Part shown: one piece after another, positions 9,250 to 17,314 of the stretch
Numbering within the stretch: the first letter of the stretch is position 1
Layout: each line of letters opens with the position of its first letter
Notes under the pieces: generated by a model
The model's input: only the letters and a program-made list of their open reading frames with translations
The model's database searches: none
Told to the model about the DNA's origin: nothing
Source of the DNA: an uncultured virus (IMG/VR IMGVR_UViG_3300026479_000008)
Taxonomy: Duplodnaviria; Heunggongvirae; Uroviricota; Caudoviricetes
DNA: 20,000 bases
IMG/VR virus record: IMGVR_UViG_3300026479_000008
Reading direction: 5' to 3' (one strand)
Translations under genes and position numbers: made by a program

Positions 9250-9705
9250 TTATTTTGACAGATTATCTGCGGCTGCTATTGCAGGTAAGATATCTGGCTT
9301 TATTCTTACTTTAATTCCAAGAGACTTAACATAACCTATCGCAGCGTTAACTACTTTATTAGAAGCGTGTTGTTCTTGGTGGTTGAGGTCTAAATCAATT
9401 GTATGTATATTTATCCCATTATCCCGAAGATATTGTGTAACTTCGACGGATCTTTCAACTTCTCCCCATAACTTTCTCCACATATCTCGAATAGGTTCTA
9501 CCTTTTCCTTCTTATAAAGAACATGGCATCCAGTATTTCCAACATGAATTACAACCGTGCTTACGTATGTTGTAAACTCACCCTTTACATGTGAATCACA
9601 TCCTACGTAAATTCGAATTGAATTATTGGAATTTCTTTTTATGTATTGTTTCAGATATGTCGCTAAATCAATTTGCGACTTATCAGCAAGTCTTCTGAAC
9701 TTCAT
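9250..9705 (-). CDS. RNase H-like YkuK family (DUF458) protein
   Basis: IYVGCDS, LWGEVERSVEV, IDLDLN and KP......AADNL match the YkuK acidic motif layout. Confidence 0.8.
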   Translation of the reverse strand: MKFRRLADKSQIDLATYLKQYIKRNSNNSIRIYVGCDSHVKGEFTTYVSTVVIHVGNTGCHVLYKKEKVEPIRDMWRKLWGEVERSVEVTQYLRDNGINIHTIDLDLNHQEQHASNKVVNAAIGYVKSLGIKVRIKPDILPAIAAADNLSK

Positions 9706-9717
9706 CTATTATATTTA

Positions 9718-10383
9718 TTAGAAATTGGTGGAGTCGGTATTCTTAGAAAACTTATTATGATACTCTGTAATTTTAGACACTGCTTCTTCTGCAGTATCAA
9801 CTACTCTAAATAAATCAAAATCTTTTTGACATATTGCACCATGTTTCCATAAAGTATTTTGCATCCAATCTACGAGACCTTCCCAATAATCTCTACCTAC
9901 AAGAACAATAGGATATTTTACATTATGTCCGCATTGTGCAAGTGTTATGGCTTCGAATAACTCATCTAAGGTTCCAACACCTCCTGGGCAAATAACAAAT
10001 GCCTGTGAATATTTAAGGAACATTACTTTTCGTGTAAAGAAATATCTGTTCTCGACTCCTAAATCAACGTAATCGTTCATGCTAGCTTCGAATGGTAATT
10101 CAATTCCAACACCTATACTTTTACCTAATGCTTCATGTGCTCCTTTATTTGCAGCTTCCATAATTCCAGGACCACCTCCTGTGATTACACCAAACCCTGC
10201 TTCAACGAGAAGCTTTCCAATTTTCTCAGCTTCTTTATACATTGGATTTGTTGATAATGTTCTAGCGCTTCCAAATACAGAAACACAAGGACCTAATTCA
10301 TTAAACGTATCAAACCCCTTTGTGAATTCTCCCTGAATTCTTAGAATCTGCCAAGCATCTTCAGATTTTCTATTGTTACTCAT
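9718..10383 (-). CDS. LOG family (TIGR00730-type) nucleotide monophosphate nucleosidase
   Basis: SVFGSAR, ITGGGPGIMEAANKGA, YFFTRKVMFLKYS and PGGVGTLDELFE. Confidence 0.93.
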   Translation of the reverse strand: MSNNRKSEDAWQILRIQGEFTKGFDTFNELGPCVSVFGSARTLSTNPMYKEAEKIGKLLVEAGFGVITGGGPGIMEAANKGAHEALGKSIGVGIELPFEASMNDYVDLGVENRYFFTRKVMFLKYSQAFVICPGGVGTLDELFEAITLAQCGHNVKYPIVLVGRDYWEGLVDWMQNTLWKHGAICQKDFDLFRVVDTAEEAVSKITEYHNKFSKNTDSTNF

Positions 10384-10444
10384 TATGTGTTTTGATTATG
10401 TGAATACTTTAATATTATACTAAGATATTCCTAAAAGTTTAGAT

Positions 10445-10475
10445 AAAAAAAGACCAATTCGTTAGAATTGGTCTT
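10445..10475 (-). terminator. Rho-independent terminator
   Basis: On the minus strand, an 11-bp perfect stem AAGACCAATTC/GAATTGGTCTT with a 4-nt loop runs into a T-tract. Confidence 0.85.
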
Positions 10476-10642
10476 AAAATAAATTATTTCTGTATAGCTA
10501 TTCGTTCAAGTTTAAATATAAAACTTATGGTTTATATATCAATGTTATTTGGGTGAAATGTAATATTTTAATAAATTAGTAGAATAAAATGATAATATCA
10601 AAATATCATATTATCATAATTTTAGAATCTTAAAATATCTTA

Positions 10643-10855
10643 TTATTTTAATCTAATATTATTTACTGATCTTCCAGTACATCTCCAACATAAAGAAGCT
10701 GTTGTATCTGTGCCAACCTCGGACCATTCGTCGCATTCTCCGTTCTCTGGTGCAAATTCAGAATATTTACTCATAGTTGGTTTTGAGTTTTGACATATCA
10801 TCATTCTCATACCATTTACGTCTTTGGTTTTCCAATGTGTTGTTTTCTTAGCCAT
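10643..10855 (-). CDS. Small putative zinc-binding protein (70 aa from MAKKTTHW; longest ORF starts at 10879)
   Basis: Four Cys (ICQN, ECDE, LCWRC). The second ATG has an A-rich leader. Confidence 0.65.
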   Translation of the reverse strand: MAKKTTHWKTKDVNGMRMMICQNSKPTMSKYSEFAPENGECDEWSEVGTDTTASLCWRCTGRSVNNIRLK

Positions 10856-10891
10856 TTTAGTTTGTATTAATCTTATCATAATATTAAGTTA

Positions 10892-11158
10892 TTATAATAG
10901 GTCTTCGTCTTCTTCATCTTTAAAATCTAGATCTATTTTAAAATTCTGCATTTGTGTATACAAATCGTCTAGTATATGTGCAGCTACTAAAAAATTAACA
11001 GTAATTCCTATTGAAAAGATCCATCCAAACGACCATCCTGATATCCATGCAATGAATGAAGATACGAGAGCTATTAATACAGCTGGAATTGCAAAGATAG
11101 CTGCAATGACACTAACGATTAGTGCACAGTATATCATTTTTGATAAGACGTTATTCAT
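10892..11158 (-). CDS. Small membrane protein (88 aa) with acidic tail
   Basis: Two hydrophobic stretches. AAAC-N16-GTATAAT motif upstream. Confidence 0.7.
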   Translation of the reverse strand: MNNVLSKMIYCALIVSVIAAIFAIPAVLIALVSSFIAWISGWSFGWIFSIGITVNFLVAAHILDDLYTQMQNFKIDLDFKDEEDEDLL

Positions 11159-11211
11159 ATTAAAAGTTTAAGTTAATCCTTTAATATTATACTCTAATAA
11201 TCTTAATTGTT

Positions 11212-12162
11212 TCAATTACCCTTTTTTCTTGAAGGAGGAGAGCTTGAACGAACAGGTGTCGAAGATCTTGTATTAGATGGACGAGAATTATTAATCACAG
11301 GTCTATTATTATTAGATGGACGAGAATTATTGTTAAACGTTGGGCGATTATTTCTCACTGGCGGTTTTTCTCTAATAATTCTTGGCCTAGTGTTTGTATT
11401 ATTAGAGTTGTTCTCGGGTCTCTGATAAACTCTTACTCGTGTGTTATTATTTCTATTCGGACTATTATTGATGATAACCTCATTGTTCCTAGTATTATTA
11501 GTGCTTCTTCTAGTAGTCGTACTTCTAGTTCTTCTTCCATTATTTACTTCAGTTCTAATACTTGAACGTCTGCCATTAATATGCACTGTATTTGTTCTGC
11601 CACTTCTCCAACCTGGGATTCCATAGACGTTATTACCATAATACGGCCATCCTCCATAATAATTATTAAAGTGTGAACCATACCATCCATAATGGTTTCC
11701 ATATCCCCAGCCATGATTATTCCAACCATAGTAGATTCCATATCCCCATCTATCATATCCAAATGGTGACCATCTATGAGGAGAGCCCCAAGAATTCCAG
11801 CCTGTATAACCCCAAGCCCAATCATTCCACATCTGATCTCTATTCCAGCTCCAATAATAATTATTCCATCTAGAATCGTATTGTCTTCCTAGTAATCTAT
11901 TATTCCAATCAAATGACCTCGGTTGACTCAATGCGTATTGCGCAAAGTCTAATCTGAAGCTTAGATCTGTTCTTAGTTTATTTCTAAATTGAAATTCGGA
12001 TAGCGTGTCTATTTTAACATCTCCGAAGTGTTGCATCGACGTCGACACATTGTGCGCCGAAACATCGTTATTTTGATCGTAACCCATCAATCGAAATTGT
12101 GTGCTACAAGAGGCTAGAAGAAAGATTCCTAGCATTAGAATTAAGTGGTTTAGTTGTTTCAT
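11212..12162 (-). CDS. Putative lipoprotein with a W/Y/G-rich core and a disordered R/N/S/P-rich tail (316 aa)
   Basis: Signal peptide ends in the lipobox LLAS-C. The low-complexity architecture is typical of Bacteroidota lipoproteins. Confidence 0.8.
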   Translation of the reverse strand: MKQLNHLILMLGIFLLASCSTQFRLMGYDQNNDVSAHNVSTSMQHFGDVKIDTLSEFQFRNKLRTDLSFRLDFAQYALSQPRSFDWNNRLLGRQYDSRWNNYYWSWNRDQMWNDWAWGYTGWNSWGSPHRWSPFGYDRWGYGIYYGWNNHGWGYGNHYGWYGSHFNNYYGGWPYYGNNVYGIPGWRSGRTNTVHINGRRSSIRTEVNNGRRTRSTTTRRSTNNTRNNEVIINNSPNRNNNTRVRVYQRPENNSNNTNTRPRIIREKPPVRNNRPTFNNNSRPSNNNRPVINNSRPSNTRSSTPVRSSSPPSRKKGN

Positions 12163-12609
12163 ATACCTTATATATCTCAGATTCCTCTAATTCCTCCTAG
12201 GACTTCTTAGTCTTGGAAATTTTTTGAGTTAGGAAATTTTTCTAAATAGTCATCGCCGCCTCTCTATACTCCCTCTAAGTCAGGGGAAAATTTGGAATTG
12301 ACTTTTAAAAAAACGTATTTTTTCAATTTTATGTTTCTTCAAAATACTCTAATCCAAATATCAATCCATCGCAATTTACTCTAATATAGTATCAGGTCCC
12401 CTGTACCGGTAGGTAGTGGGGCCGCTCTCCGAGTCTCTGAGCCCTCAAATGTGTCATACTCAATATAGTCCACTTTTAATAGAGGCAATAACGTGAATGT
12501 GCGCTCGTCACCCACCGTCAACGATACTAAAAGCGTCCAACTCTCCCAAGCCCTTCTTGTCTCCTAGTAGATAGTAACGTTGATTAAGAGTGTTTTATTA
12601 GTTTAAGAC

Positions 12610-12780
12610 CTCTAAGTCCTTAAACTGCCGCCGCACCTCCGACGACTTAGTGTCATAGTGTGGCTCTTTTTTTGGGTTATTAAAGGGAATAGAGAAGGTC
12701 ATCTTTGAGACCTTGGAGTCATGTGACGGCTTAGTGAGGGGTGTGCACTGTCGTCGGGGTTTTACCCTTGGACTTAAAGA
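12610..12780 (-). ncRNA. Candidate structured non-coding RNA (~170 nt)
   Basis: Begins just downstream of the TGAAAC-N17-GTATAAC motif (12786-12815). Nested stems: 12770-12779/12610-12619 (G-U only on minus), 12750-12757/12639-12646 and 12709-12714/12695-12700. Confidence 0.4.
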
Positions 12781-12885
12781 CTTAAGTTATACTGCTAGGT
12801 CTCAGAAAAGTTTCATTTATACTGAACTTTTTTTCTCAAAGACTTGGAGGGCTAGTGGGGAGTAAGAGCGACGTGTTCGCGCTTC

Positions 12886-13404
12886 TTATCTAAATTTAGG
12901 TATATTTAGTTTAGGAGTTTTAAAAGATGTAAACGATGTATTGGGTGGTTTCATCTTTACTGGAGGCGGCATTAAGCTCGTCGGCTTCATTGGATCTTTA
13001 GGACTCTTCTTTGGTTTACTAGGACTAGGTGAATTATCTGCAGGTTGTTCGGCTGTGTTAGGAGTGTCTTGTGCACTACTCGAAACTTGATTCATCATTC
13101 TATCTCGTGCTTTCTGTTTGAAATAGTCTGTAAGGCTGAAACTTGACGTATCTTCTGGTGGTGCAGCTTGATTTTGAGCTTGCTTATCATTTAAATTTGC
13201 TTGCTTACTATCTACATGTGTATCTTGCGCTTTGTTCTTGGATTGCTGGTCACTCATTTGCGAATTTTGCTTAGAGTTTTGTGAATCGTTTGATGCTAGC
13301 GACTTATTATTACTATTTGACATCTGGCTATTATCTGAAGTATGTACTTGTGGAGTATTTACAAATGCATGCGCTTTATTAAATGGAGAATTTAGTTGGT
13401 TCAT
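12886..13404 (-). CDS. Low-complexity S/Q/N/P/K-rich protein (172 aa), likely disordered
   Basis: Intact ORF with GATATATA 4 nt upstream of the ATG. Confidence 0.7.
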   Translation of the reverse strand: MNQLNSPFNKAHAFVNTPQVHTSDNSQMSNSNNKSLASNDSQNSKQNSQMSDQQSKNKAQDTHVDSKQANLNDKQAQNQAAPPEDTSSFSLTDYFKQKARDRMMNQVSSSAQDTPNTAEQPADNSPSPSKPKKSPKDPMKPTSLMPPPVKMKPPNTSFTSFKTPKLNIPKFR

Positions 13405-13660
13405 ATTCTATATATCACGCATAGGGTATTTTTATTGGTTTTTACACGCTCGAGAATATTTGAGCTTGGGTAACATTGCTTTTCTATATTATTTCTATCT
13501 AGGAGCACTCATAGGTATATACTGCTTAAATCACACACGAGACAAGTGGTTGACATTTAGCTAAGTGCTTTTTGACTATTGCTAATTATACAATTAATGT
13601 TAGAGCATGCCCCAAGGAAGGTCCCCCTCCCACCACACGTTAATTCGCGTTTTAGTGTGA

Positions 13661-13795
13661 CTACTCGGAGGCCTGTAAAAGCCTATCTAGCTCCTGTTGT
13701 AATTTGGGTATTTTTGGGCTATAAGGTGTTTCTAGCTTCAATTTGATGATCTCGGCTCTAATAGCCTCTACTCGTTGTTGTTTACTCTGTTCCAT
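13661..13795 (-). CDS. Small helical protein missed by the ORF track (44 aa: MEQSKQQRVEAIRAEIIKLKLETPYSPKIPKLQQELDRLLQASE)
   Basis: Hand translation gives a helix-turn-helix-like amphipathic pattern. It lies directly downstream of a TATATTAG promoter copy. Confidence 0.65.
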   Translation of the reverse strand: MEQSKQQRVEAIRAEIIKLKLETPYSPKIPKLQQELDRLLQASE

Positions 13796-13810
13796 AAGGT
13801 ATCTATTTGT

Positions 13811-13867
13811 TTATATAGCTAATATACTAAATTTCTATGACCCGGTATAATATTTGGGCAATTATTT
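13811..13867 (-). promoter_or_regulatory. Class I (early-type) promoter, divergent copy
   Basis: The minus strand reads AAATAATTGCCCAAATATT...GTCA...TATATTAGCTATATAA, sharing TATATTAGCTATATAA with the copy at 14302. Confidence 0.6.
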
Positions 13868-13868
13868 A

Positions 13869-14240
13869 CCAGGGCTTGCCGGTGACTGCCGGTGCTGTCT
13901 AGGGCTCTCTGTCTCTCTAGGCTCCTCTGTATTCTAGGGTACTGTTGGCCATCTGGGGACTGTCCACGCTCCAGGTGACTCTGGACATGTCGGTGATCCG
14001 GCTTGTCAGGGTTGCTCTGGAGAGCTAGCTCTATAGTGCTTCTATAGGCAACTGTCCAGGAACAGCCCTGGAGAGCTCCCAGGGCTCCCCGGACAGCCCC
14101 TGGAGCAAAAAGGCCCCTGGGAAGCCCTGGAGAGCTGCCCTGGGAGCTATTATATAGTGTTGTCTGGAGAAGTTGCATATATGACCTATTCTGGTTTATA
14201 TTATACGCATATTTAAAGCTTTGTTTCAGTGCCCAGGGGC
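13869..14240. repeat. GC-rich block of GCCC(C)TGG / CTGGAGAGCT repeats at the strand switch
   Basis: CTGGAGAGCT at 14017, 14068 and 14127. GCCC(C)TGG at 14065, 14096, 14113, 14124 and 14137. Inverted CCAGGG at 13869, 14079 and 14233. TGCCGGTG twice near 13877-13894. Confidence 0.75.
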
Positions 14241-14274
14241 CTTTTTTCACTTTTTTTCACCTTTTTAACACTTT

Positions 14275-14317
14275 GGATTTTTATTTGTCAGTTTTTATGA
14301 TTATATTAGCTATATAA
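14275..14317 (+). promoter_or_regulatory. Class I promoter (degenerate copy)
   Basis: GGATTTTTATTTGTCA...TTATATTAGC; TATATTAG at 14302-14309. Confidence 0.65.
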
Positions 14318-14348
14318 GTTATTTAATTAAAAACACCCCCTATTAAAA

Positions 14349-14504
14349 ATGGATTTTAACTGCCTTAATATTAACGATATCATCACGTTGATCTTTATCT
14401 ATGAGATGGTAAGCTTTATTTTCGTCCAAACTAGTAATTTTGTGCTGACGATGCTCATGACAAGCCCTAAATACCGTAAATTCATTAAAAAGCATATAAT
14501 TTGA
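14349..14504 (+). CDS. Small membrane protein missed by the ORF track (51 aa: MDFNCLNINDIITLIFIYEMVSFIFVQTSNFVLTMLMTSPKYRKFIKKHII)
   Basis: Hand translation shows a hydrophobic core and basic C-terminus. It sits exactly between two promoter repeats. Confidence 0.6.
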   Translation: MDFNCLNINDIITLIFIYEMVSFIFVQTSNFVLTMLMTSPKYRKFIKKHII

Positions 14505-14513
14505 AAATAAATT

Positions 14514-14573
14514 GAAAATAAGCAGCCTAGAATTTTTATTTGTCGCCGGAATTGCTTATATTAGTATAGTAAT
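14514..14573 (+). promoter_or_regulatory. Class I promoter repeat
   Basis: Core TTGTCGCCGGAATTGCTTATATTAGTA at 14540-14566. Confidence 0.85.
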
Positions 14574-14602
14574 TAGTTAATCAACCTTTAAAAAACACAT
14601 TT

Positions 14603-14794
14603 ATGAAAAATTACACTTCACGTGCCAACCGTTATCCTAATGGCTACCAGCCTAAAATTGACTATTATCAGGCTAAAATCGCGAATGCTACCGATCGCCT
14701 CGAGGTAGACAATATTATCTTCTTCGCCGGGAAGCTTAAATACTTCCTTAATAAACAGGCTGAGGTAGATGCTCGCCTAGAGAAACTTTATTAA
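14603..14794 (+). CDS. Hypothetical protein (63 aa)
   Basis: ORF bounded by two promoter repeats, with an A-rich leader. Confidence 0.8.
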   Translation: MKNYTSRANRYPNGYQPKIDYYQAKIANATDRLEVDNIIFFAGKLKYFLNKQAEVDARLEKLY

Positions 14795-14801
14795 AAAAAG
14801 T

Positions 14802-14852
14802 CTGCCCTGGATTTTTTATTGTCGCCGGAATTGCTTATATTAGTATAGTAAT
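14802..14852 (+). promoter_or_regulatory. Class I promoter repeat
   Basis: Core TTGTCGCCGGAATTGCTTATATTAGTA at 14819-14845. Confidence 0.85.
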
Positions 14853-14869
14853 CATTAAACAAACAAGAT

Positions 14870-15067
14870 ATGTCAGTTAAATTAAACGTTTTACCCTTCC
14901 TATTGTCTATTGCAGCCTTTCTCGTTGCCGGTATGACTATTACCTCAACCATTGATAAGTATATTAGCTTTGCTGGTGAACTTAACGCCATGGGCTTCTT
15001 TGTAGCTGCTATGATGCTTGGTCTACTAGGCCTGGCAGCTAGTTTTGAAAAGCTACCTAATAAATAA
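14870..15067 (+). CDS. Small two-TM membrane protein (65 aa)
   Basis: Two hydrophobic segments; follows a promoter repeat. Confidence 0.8.
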   Translation: MSVKLNVLPFLLSIAAFLVAGMTITSTIDKYISFAGELNAMGFFVAAMMLGLLGLAASFEKLPNK

Positions 15068-15073
15068 TCATCT

Positions 15074-15150
15074 GGACCAGTAGCTCAGCTGGATAGAGCA
15101 TCTGCCTTCTAAGCAGACGGTCACAGGTTCGAATCCTGTCTGGTTCACCA
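15074..15150 (+). tRNA. tRNA-Arg (anticodon UCU), CCA encoded
   Basis: Acceptor stem GGACCAG/CTGGTTC, D arm GCTC/GAGC, anticodon stem TCTGC/GCAGA with loop CT-TCT-AA, T arm ACAGG-TTCGAAT-CCTGT, ACCA end. Confidence 0.98.
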
Positions 15151-15178
15151 ATTCTATTTCCTCACTTTAAATTTAAAT

Positions 15179-15607
15179 ATGTCTAATATAGTAACAATCT
15201 CTGGTGGTAAAGCTTCTGAACAGGCAATCGCTGATGAATGTATTAAATGGTGTATTAAGAAACTATTGCCCCGATATAGAACCCTAAATATAAAGGCTAT
15301 TATTAAGCCTATGGAAGATCATGGCTGTTGCTATAATCTAAACGACCTCAGCAGGGACTTTAAACTGACTCTTAAAAAAGGCCTTAGTGTCTATGAGCTT
15401 ATAAGTACCATCTGTCATGAAATGGTCCATGTGAAGCAGTACGCTCGTAAGGAGTTGAGGTGGTGCAATACCCACTATAATGTCATGTGGAAGAAGTCTG
15501 TCCATACTAATACTGCCTATGATGACCAACCATGGGAAAAAGAAGCCTATAAACTAGAACACCGACTGGCGGTAGAGTTTTTCACTAACATGACTAGCTC
15601 CCTGTAA
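15179..15607 (+). CDS. Zincin-like HExxH metallopeptidase domain protein (142 aa)
   Basis: TICHEMVHVKQY followed by Y.DQPWEKEAY. Confidence 0.8.
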   Translation: MSNIVTISGGKASEQAIADECIKWCIKKLLPRYRTLNIKAIIKPMEDHGCCYNLNDLSRDFKLTLKKGLSVYELISTICHEMVHVKQYARKELRWCNTHYNVMWKKSVHTNTAYDDQPWEKEAYKLEHRLAVEFFTNMTSSL

Positions 15608-15608
15608 A

Positions 15609-15684
15609 TTGTTAATAACTTTATGAAAATAAACAGCTAAATATTTTTATTTGTCGCCGGAAATGCTTATATTAGTATAGTAAT
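15609..15684 (+). promoter_or_regulatory. Class I promoter repeat with upstream TTGTTAATAACTTT
   Basis: Core TTGTCGCCGGAAATGCTTATATTAGTA at 15651-15677. Confidence 0.85.
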
Positions 15685-15712
15685 AATTAATCAATCAAAA
15701 TAAACAAAAATT

Positions 15713-16099
15713 ATGAAAGTAACATCTTTTGACCGCCCAACCGTTAAAGCCCTTCGTGTAGACCTTGATAGCGCCCTAGCTAAAGTTGCTAAGGAGTATG
15801 GTATTGAAATCTCTACTGGTAATATCTCTTTCTCTGGAGATAATTGTTCAATTAAAGTTAAAGCATCTGTCATCGGTGATGGTGGTATGGTAATGACTAA
15901 AGAAGCTACTGACTTCGCTCGCTATGCTAAATATGAATTGCCTGGTGTAAAGCTTGGAGATACCTTTATGAATGCTGGTACGGTATATACTATTACTGGC
16001 TGGAAATCTAGAGCTCGTAAGAGTCCTGTCTTAGCGAAATCATCCGCTAACGGTGAAACATACCGAGTTCCGGTTTCAATGGTTAAAGTTGGTCTTTAA
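15713..16099 (+). CDS. Hypothetical protein (128 aa)
   Basis: ORF downstream of a promoter repeat, with an A-rich leader. Confidence 0.8.
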   Translation: MKVTSFDRPTVKALRVDLDSALAKVAKEYGIEISTGNISFSGDNCSIKVKASVIGDGGMVMTKEATDFARYAKYELPGVKLGDTFMNAGTVYTITGWKSRARKSPVLAKSSANGETYRVPVSMVKVGL

Positions 16100-16101
16100 C
16101 C

Positions 16102-16130
16102 TGAAACCTTTTTAATAATTTAAGTATAAT
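16102..16130 (+). promoter_or_regulatory. Class II promoter TGAAAC-N16-GTATAAT
   Basis: One of eight copies with conserved spacing (see findings). Confidence 0.75.
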
Positions 16131-16163
16131 ATATAAATCAAGTAATAAAAAAACCAGACTATA

Positions 16164-17303
16164 ATGGCAATTACAACACTAAGTTCAAACGTTCTCGATC
16201 AACGCAAAATCGAAACCATCAACGCACAACAACTACGAAAAGTAGTTCCCTTCCGTGACGTTCAATTAATTGATACCAAGACTATCGAGTATAAAGGCCA
16301 AAGAATCGGCATTACGAGCCAAGCTTTTAAAGGCTTGTTGAGTTTGATCGGAATGAGCCAAGCATTCGCTAAGAAATTCGATAATCTATTTAGCCCTGAA
16401 GCTAAGAGTCAATTTATCAATACCATGAAAAATGCAATGGCATCTAATTATGGTAAATTAAACGAAGTAACTCTGATCCTTAACCCAGTGAACAAGAATA
16501 TCATTGGTATTACTAAAGGTAACGAGCAAACAATATCTAATTCGCAATTCCTTGGAATTACAGAGAACCTCATCGATAAGCATGGTTTCGACGTAACCAA
16601 TTGGTCTACTGACCCTACTACTGGAATTGTTCGAATTAACGCATTTAACCCAAAAGCTGAATTTGCGGTTAAAGGTCTCTCCGATGAGGTCTTTACTGGA
16701 GGTGTTTCCTTCTCTAATTCACCCTTGAAAGGTTTCCAAGTTATGCCTTATGTAAACCGTATGTGGTGTGCTAATGGTCTAACTACCTCACTTGCACAGG
16801 AAACATATACTCTAAACTCTCTAGATAATGTAAGTATGGAGAAGTTCCAAGAGAACTTGCAAGCGTTGAGGTCTAACAACTTTGCTCCTGAATCTTTCGG
16901 TGATCGAGTTAGAGCCGCTAATAACACTCATGCTTCTGTAGCTGAGATGACTTGGGCTCATAACCAAATCTCGAAACATGCTGGAGAAAGAGCTGAGAAC
17001 TGGATCCCTCTACAAGAGAATATGAATGCGTACAATAAGATTGATCTTGGCTCTATGGATTCAAATCAAATGAAAGGTGCCAAGACTAATCAATCTGTTT
17101 GGTCTGTTATGAATGGCCTAACGCACTTTGCTACTCATGGTAAAGACCTCATCGAATCAAATATGCAAGACTCTGACTCAACACAGTTGATGGTTCAGGC
17201 TGGTAACTTCTTCGGTAAGAAATCATTTGACCATGAAAACCACATGCCAAACCCATTTGGTAATCTTAATCAAGATAATCAACGTGGAGCTTTGCTAAAC
17301 TAA
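16164..17303 (+). CDS. DUF932/DUF945-like phage protein (379 aa)
   Basis: FSNS......VMPYVNRMWCANGL resembles the R..C.NG signature of DUF932. Ends with an S.WSVMNGLTHFATH helix. Confidence 0.6.
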   Translation: MAITTLSSNVLDQRKIETINAQQLRKVVPFRDVQLIDTKTIEYKGQRIGITSQAFKGLLSLIGMSQAFAKKFDNLFSPEAKSQFINTMKNAMASNYGKLNEVTLILNPVNKNIIGITKGNEQTISNSQFLGITENLIDKHGFDVTNWSTDPTTGIVRINAFNPKAEFAVKGLSDEVFTGGVSFSNSPLKGFQVMPYVNRMWCANGLTTSLAQETYTLNSLDNVSMEKFQENLQALRSNNFAPESFGDRVRAANNTHASVAEMTWAHNQISKHAGERAENWIPLQENMNAYNKIDLGSMDSNQMKGAKTNQSVWSVMNGLTHFATHGKDLIESNMQDSDSTQLMVQAGNFFGKKSFDHENHMPNPFGNLNQDNQRGALLN

Positions 17304-17314
17304 TTGACTTAACT

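Noticed and set aside
12180..12885. tmRNA, RNase P RNA or self-splicing intron
   Set aside because: No tRNA-like ends or T-loop, no GAGGAAAGUCC, and no interrupted flanking gene was found.
13819..14250. 143 aa minus-strand ORF across the GC-rich island
   Set aside because: Atypical composition and codon use. The open frame is explained by GC-rich repeats, and it overlaps a promoter copy.
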